Source: a virus
Taxonomy: Duplodnaviria; Caudoviricetes
DNA: 29,165 nt
Direction: 5' to 3' (one strand)
Virus record (IMG/VR): IMGVR_UViG_3300012667_000067
Span: 1-29,165 of that record
Shown: one piece after another, positions 24,505 through 29,165 of the stretch
Numbering within the stretch: position 1 is the first letter of the stretch
Layout of the letters: each line of letters opens with the position of its first letter
The notes under the pieces: generated by a model
The model's input: only the letters and a program-made list of their open reading frames with translations
Told to the model about the DNA's origin: nothing
The model's database searches: none
Translations under genes and position numbers: made by a program

Positions 24505-25263
24505 ATGAAAAAAGAATTCCAATATAAAGATATTTTTAACCTCGATATGGGGCCGGATGCTATTCTAGACGTAGATACTACGCAAAGAAGAGTTAAAGCA
24601 GTTTGGGCGCGTTGCGGTAATGTGGATCTAGATAACGACGTTATTATCCCCGAAGCGTTTACTAAGACGATTAAGGAGCGCGGTCCAATGGGTAAAAACC
24701 TTATTTGGTCTTTAGTAGACCACGAGGCCGAAATGGAAATGGCTATAGGTAAGCCGGAAGAATTATATATTGAAAACGATATGTTAATCGCCGTAACTCC
24801 TGTAGTAATGACCGAGACCGGAGAAAACATTATGAAAATGTACGACGCGGGCTTAATTAACCAACACTCTATCGGGTTCGCTACAATTAATAGCGACGTC
24901 GATAAGAACGGGGTTAGAACTATTAGAGAATTAAAACTCTACGAAGGATCTGCGGTTTTATGGGCTGCTAATCCGGAGACTCCAACTTTAGCCGTTAAAT
25001 CCGAGCAAAAGAAGGAAAACTTACAGGACCGACTAGGTAAATTATTGAAGGCGTTTAAAGGTGGCCGTTTTACGGACGAAACGTTTTCTCTAATTGAAAT
25101 AGAAATAAAGAGAATCCAAGCTGAGTTAATGGAAATCGAAATCGTAAAAGAAATCACTCAACCCGCGAAAGCAGTCGAGCCGGTAATCGAAGAGAAGAAA
25201 GTTAACGAAGACGAGGTAATACTTAAAAAATTAACTGAATTAAATAACCTTTTTAAATCCTAA
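24505..25263 (+). CDS. HK97-type prohead protease (S78)
   Basis: D.DNDVI...AF.KTI..L.DH..IGK..SIGF..L.L.E.S.V...AN. Confidence 0.92.
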   Translation: MKKEFQYKDIFNLDMGPDAILDVDTTQRRVKAVWARCGNVDLDNDVIIPEAFTKTIKERGPMGKNLIWSLVDHEAEMEMAIGKPEELYIENDMLIAVTPVVMTETGENIMKMYDAGLINQHSIGFATINSDVDKNGVRTIRELKLYEGSAVLWAANPETPTLAVKSEQKKENLQDRLGKLLKAFKGGRFTDETFSLIEIEIKRIQAELMEIEIVKEITQPAKAVEPVIEEKKVNEDEVILKKLTELNNLFKS

Positions 25264-25267
25264 AACA

Positions 25268-26365
25268 ATGGAAATCGAAAAGCAATTAGGCGAAATCGCC
25301 GAAAACGTTAAAGGTCTTAAGACTGATAGCGCAGCACAAATCGACGAATTAAAGTCGAACATTAAAGTAACTCGCGACGAAATGCAAAATCAAATCGACG
25401 GGTTATATGCTAACCAAAAGAAAGCAGAAAAGAAAACTGTAAAGTCTTTAGACGAGGCTATTATGGAGAAATTGGACGGTAAAATGCAAGAGTTCGAGTC
25501 TTCTTTGAAGTCTTCTAGCGGTTCTTATAGAATCGACTTAAGCGACATTAAGACAATGACTTTAAGCGGTAACTTAACAGGCGATCCTGTAGCTACTTAC
25601 GCTCCTAACCAAGCTATCTTCCCTTCTCAAAAAGTTAACTTTAGAGACTTAGTACCTACTGTACGTTCTACTACAGGTCTTTACGTTTACTATGCGGAAG
25701 ATGCAGGAGAAACTAACAATATCGGTAAGCAAACAGAAGGTAACGACAAAGGAGAAAATAACTACTCTTTAACTGAAACTAAGATCGTTACTAACTATAT
25801 CGCAGGTTTCTCTACTTTCTCTAAGCAAATGTCTAAGAGTTTGCCTTTCATTAGCCAAACTTTACCTCGTTTGTTACAAAGAGACTTCTTTAAGAAGGAG
25901 AACGCTTTATTCTTCGCTACAGTAAGTGCAGCCGCTACAGGTTCTACTACTACTGCAGAGACTAACGACTTGTTGCAATTAATCGACTATATCGGTAACC
26001 AAAAGGCTGCTAACTATAACTCTTCTTATGTTTTAGTAAGCGAAGCGCAAATGGGTAAATTATTGAAAGCTACTGTTACTGCAGGTTACTACGCAGGTAA
26101 CGGATCGGTAGTAGTTAATCCTAACGGCGGTATGACTATTTGGGGTACTCCTGTATTGTCTGCTTCTTGGGTTACTAACGATAAGGCTTTAGTAATCGAT
26201 AGCGATTATATCGAGCGCGTAGAGACTGAATCTTTAGCGATCGAATTCTCTTACGAGAACGGTACTAACTTCCAAAAGAACTTAATTACTGCTCGTATTG
26301 AGTGTATGGAAGAAATCAACTTAATGTTGAACTCTTCTGCGATCTACGCTTCAATCAATGCATAA
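25268..26365 (+). CDS. Major capsid protein, HK97 fold
   Basis: Coiled-coil delta-like N-terminus, EG..K, IWG.PV, F.KN.IT.R.E; strongly biased codon usage. Confidence 0.93.
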   Translation: MEIEKQLGEIAENVKGLKTDSAAQIDELKSNIKVTRDEMQNQIDGLYANQKKAEKKTVKSLDEAIMEKLDGKMQEFESSLKSSSGSYRIDLSDIKTMTLSGNLTGDPVATYAPNQAIFPSQKVNFRDLVPTVRSTTGLYVYYAEDAGETNNIGKQTEGNDKGENNYSLTETKIVTNYIAGFSTFSKQMSKSLPFISQTLPRLLQRDFFKKENALFFATVSAAATGSTTTAETNDLLQLIDYIGNQKAANYNSSYVLVSEAQMGKLLKATVTAGYYAGNGSVVVNPNGGMTIWGTPVLSASWVTNDKALVIDSDYIERVETESLAIEFSYENGTNFQKNLITARIECMEEINLMLNSSAIYASINA

Positions 26366-26395
26366 TTGACATAGGTAGTAAATAAGCAATAAATT

Positions 26396-26427
26396 AGGGG
26401 GTAGTCTAAAAGCTACTCCCTTTTTTT
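26396..26427 (+). terminator. Rho-independent terminator after the capsid gene
   Basis: AGGGGGTAG..CTACTCCCT hairpin followed by a T run. Confidence 0.85.
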
Positions 26428-26445
26428 GTTATTAAATAAATCCGT

Positions 26446-26453
26446 TAAATTTG
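26446..26453 (+). promoter_or_regulatory. -7 element TAAATTTG for the head-tail/tail operon
   Basis: Exact TAnnTTTG directly after the terminator. Confidence 0.6.
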
Positions 26454-26466
26454 TAAAAAAGAGGTT

Positions 26467-27003
26467 ATGTATAATTATACGATAGATCATACTTTAGTCT
26501 ACGACGGAGAAATCGTAGAGCCGGTAACAGTAGAGGAGGCTAAATTATATTGCCGCGTTACTAACGACGTAGAAGACGGCTTATTCGAGGACTTAATTAC
26601 ACAGTCTAGAGAAGCTATCGAAAAGGCTACGGGCCTAAGCTTGGTCCCTAAAATTGCCGTAGTTTGGTTCTCTAACTTGGCGGGGATGTATCAATTCCAA
26701 TTTGGACCGGTACAAGAAATAACCGAAATATTAGACGCAGAAGGAAACGAAATCGCTCCGGCGCATTATAAAATAATCGGAGGTCAATACCCAATGATCC
26801 AACGCCCTTTTTGGACCGATCTTAAAGCTACTTATAGCTGCGGGTTCCCCGAAGGAGAACTTCCGAAAGAACTTAAAATAGCTATGTTAGACCAAATTAA
26901 CTACGGCTACGAAAATAGAGGAATGGACGTCGACGATATGGGCGTATGTGAGAAGACTTGGAGGGTTTGCCAACGTTGGACTAGAACTTCGCCAATTTTA
27001 TAA
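26467..27003 (+). CDS. Head-tail connector (gp6-like)
   Basis: EPVTVEEAK.YCRV...ED.L...LI..P.ELK.A.L......YENR. Confidence 0.9.
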   Translation: MYNYTIDHTLVYDGEIVEPVTVEEAKLYCRVTNDVEDGLFEDLITQSREAIEKATGLSLVPKIAVVWFSNLAGMYQFQFGPVQEITEILDAEGNEIAPAHYKIIGGQYPMIQRPFWTDLKATYSCGFPEGELPKELKIAMLDQINYGYENRGMDVDDMGVCEKTWRVCQRWTRTSPIL

Positions 27004-27006
27004 AAT

Positions 27007-27348
27007 ATGAGAATAGGACTACATAAAGACAATTACGTCGACGCTAACTCAATGACTAGGCTAGTAGGCTTATATGCCGCTACGAGGACTAGCGACGGCG
27101 AAGGAGGCTATACGACGGCTTTTACCTTGCAGTCGACAGTATGGGGCGATTTTAGGCCTCAAAGCCAAAATAGGGCGCTTTTAGAGTTAGAGGTAAGCTT
27201 TACTAGGTTCGCTAAGTTATTTATTCGCTACGACGTTACTATTAACGATAACTACCAAATAGAAGTAGAAGGCCAACGCTATACGATCCACTCTATTAAG
27301 GACGTGGATAATGCGAAGCGATTTTATGAAATATTAATGTACTACTAA
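27007..27348 (+). CDS. Head closure/head-tail adaptor (SPP1 gp16-like)
   Basis: DGEGG..VW..IRY..G.RY.I.SI..VD motif and position. Confidence 0.85.
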   Translation: MRIGLHKDNYVDANSMTRLVGLYAATRTSDGEGGYTTAFTLQSTVWGDFRPQSQNRALLELEVSFTRFAKLFIRYDVTINDNYQIEVEGQRYTIHSIKDVDNAKRFYEILMYY

Positions 27349-27349
27349 A

Positions 27350-27952
27350 ATGGCGGATCGTATAACTTTTAGCATAAACGGGATCGATAAGCTTAAAGAG
27401 CGCCTTAAGTCTATGGACCAAAAGGTAAAAGATTCTTTAGCTATGGAGTTAAGAGACTCCGCTATGAAGATTCAAAGAGACGCTAAAAGAAACGCTCCTG
27501 TAGATATGGGAACCTTAAGGAATTCTATCTATATGGATTACGATTACCAAAAGAATAAGCTTACCTATACGGTGGGCGCTTCTGCTAGTTACGCTCCTTA
27601 TATTGAGTTCGGAACCGGAGGAAGCGTTAAAGTACCTCCGCAGTATTCTTCTTACGCTTTAGCTTTTAAGGGTAAGGGAAAAGGAGGGGGAACCTTAGAC
27701 GAATTAATGCTAGCTTTAATGGATTGGGTAAAACGTAAAGGAATAGCAGGAACTTATAGCACGAAGACACAAAAAAGAACGGGTAGTAAATCGGCTAGAT
27801 TAGGCGAAGATTACGACGTAGCTTTTGCGATAATGTTAAAAATATTAAAGAAGGGAATAAATCCGCAGCCGTTTTTATTGCCTGCTTACGAAGCCGAAAA
27901 GGTTAACTTAGTAAAGAAAATTAAACAAGCGATAAAAGATGCTAAACCCTAA
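27350..27952 (+). CDS. HK97 gp10-like tail component
   Basis: AK.NAPVD.G.LRNSI..YA.YIEFGT..QPFL.PA. Confidence 0.9.
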   Translation: MADRITFSINGIDKLKERLKSMDQKVKDSLAMELRDSAMKIQRDAKRNAPVDMGTLRNSIYMDYDYQKNKLTYTVGASASYAPYIEFGTGGSVKVPPQYSSYALAFKGKGKGGGTLDELMLALMDWVKRKGIAGTYSTKTQKRTGSKSARLGEDYDVAFAIMLKILKKGINPQPFLLPAYEAEKVNLVKKIKQAIKDAKP

Positions 27953-28346
27953 TATAGAAATAAAGAAATGGTTTTTTACCAACTTAGAAACTGCTACTAA
28001 TCTAGAAGTTTACGACGGAATAGCGCCCGATAACGCAGGTAACGAATACATAGTTTTAACAGGCCGCGCAGGATCGCAGGACCAAGGTAAGACCGGTTAT
28101 ACTAGCGATATTACTATCATAGTAGACATTATTACAAAAAACGCTAACTTTGGTTTTAAGAGGGCGGAAACTATTAGTAATTTAGTTCTTACTGCGATTA
28201 ATTCGGATACCGATATAACGCTACCTAGCGGGTGGGGTTCTTCGAGTTTAAGCGTAGGAAATATAAGAAATTTAGACGGGCTAAATCCAATAGATAACGT
28301 TTTCCGAGTTTTAATAACTTATAATATAACAATAACTCAAAATTAA
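27939..28346 (+). CDS. Tail completion/terminator protein
   Basis: VYD..P....YIVL motif; between the gp10-like and tube genes. Confidence 0.75.
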   Translation: MLNPNIEIKKWFFTNLETATNLEVYDGIAPDNAGNEYIVLTGRAGSQDQGKTGYTSDITIIVDIITKNANFGFKRAETISNLVLTAINSDTDITLPSGWGSSSLSVGNIRNLDGLNPIDNVFRVLITYNITITQN

Positions 28347-28358
28347 AAATTAAACAAA

Positions 28359-28808
28359 ATGGCAGAAACAAAAGTAAGCGGTAGAGACTATATCCTACTT
28401 GCAGACATAGACAACGACGGAACTTTTAAGCCGGTAGCGTGCTTAACTTCTAACTCTTTAACTTCTACGTTAGGTACTATCGACGCGACTTCAAAGTGCG
28501 GCGATCAATACACGCCTAGCCCTTCTTTTAACCAATCTTTTGAGTGCGAAGGTTTCGCTATTGACGAAACGGGTACTCCTTCTAAAGATAGCTACCAACA
28601 GTTATACACGGCGCACGCTGCTAAGACTTTGTTCGCTATTAAAATGGGTAAAGCTACTCCTACTACAGGAGACGTGTATTACGGTGGTGCAGGTCAATTA
28701 GTATTTATTAGTAACTTTAACGTTAACGCTGCAGACAAAGACGACGTTAAGTTTACTGCTACTTTCGTAGTAAGCGTACCGCCAATTACACAAACTGAAC
28801 AAGCTTAA
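28359..28808 (+). CDS. Major tail tube protein
   Basis: VSGRD.IL..VACLTSNSL..IDATSKC..FTATF.V. Confidence 0.85.
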   Translation: MAETKVSGRDYILLADIDNDGTFKPVACLTSNSLTSTLGTIDATSKCGDQYTPSPSFNQSFECEGFAIDETGTPSKDSYQQLYTAHAAKTLFAIKMGKATPTTGDVYYGGAGQLVFISNFNVNAADKDDVKFTATFVVSVPPITQTEQA

Positions 28809-28816
28809 TAAAATTT

Positions 28817-29165
28817 ATGTTTGAATTAAAAGTAAACGAAAAGACTATCCCCCTTAAGTGGGGGACTTGGTCTATGCACGAGTTCACAAAAGAAAAGAAT
28901 TTAACTATACAAGAATTTTTCCAAGTATTGAGCAATTCGTCTATAGATATAGGGAATATAGTTAGCTTTATTTTTATCGGGTATAAGCACGCTGCGTTAT
29001 CTAACAAAGCCGAAGTAGTTTATACCGAGTTTGACGTCTACGAATGGTTAGACGAAATGGGGGGGATGCTAGATGTAAAAGGGCAGGTAATGGAATATAC
29101 TAAGTATATTATTACCGCTACGACTGCAGTAGTATCTAAAAAAATGGTAGAGGTAGAAAAAAAAA
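28817..29165 (+). CDS. Tail assembly chaperone G (119 aa; wraps the junction to TAG at 64-66)
   Basis: MFELKVNEKTIPLKWGTWSM...VEVEKKKTK is open through the repeat; lies between the tube and TMP genes. Confidence 0.8.
   Translation, partial: MFELKVNEKTIPLKWGTWSMHEFTKEKNLTIQEFFQVLSNSSIDIGNIVSFIFIGYKHAALSNKAEVVYTEFDVYEWLDEMGGMLDVKGQVMEYTKYIITATTAVVSKKMVEVEKK
29111..29165. repeat. 55-bp terminal direct repeat (copy 2)
   Basis: Identical to 1-55. Confidence 0.95.

Noticed and set aside
4643-29007. Other minus-strand ORFs (4643, 9018, 9839, 10729, 14696, 16988, 17146, 24492, 24939, 28786)
   Set aside because: All are antisense to well-supported + strand genes and show no recognisable motifs
29111-29165. 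55-bp repeat as a biological terminal repeat
   Set aside because: It falls mid-gene and its length matches a common assembler k-mer, so it indicates circularity only
1-29165. tRNA genes, CRISPR array, or stop-codon reassignment
   Set aside because: No cloverleaf or repeat-spacer array seen; genes are intact in the standard code, with TAA, TAG and TGA all used as stops

Overview
The window is an apparently complete, circularly permuted ~29,110-bp tailed-phage genome of siphovirus type with an HK97 fold. Bases 1-55 repeat exactly at 29111-29165, most likely an assembly overlap. Every credible gene is on the + strand. Gene order: tail (chaperones, tape measure, hub, second tube-fold protein, S74-chaperoned fibre); a large membrane/lysis cassette with two lysins; a terminator and control region; early genes (RHH, DnaA-C-like HTH, Bet, SSB, initiator with iterons, NinG); ParB-like, terS, Tad2-like DUF2829, terL; head; head-tail and tube. 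TAnnTTTG promoters, A-rich starts lacking Shine-Dalgarno sites and D-(S/T)-x sequons point to a Bacteroidota host. I found no integrase, polymerase, helicase or tRNA. The most novel signal is RNA-level control. One antisense copy of the 10-mer ACGTTATGAA, which spans five start codons, lies just before the lysis terminator and is a candidate multi-target sRNA. A kissing-loop leader precedes the replication initiator, and the tail chaperone needs a -2/+1 shift on an A10 run. All protein calls come from motif recognition by eye; no database searches were run.
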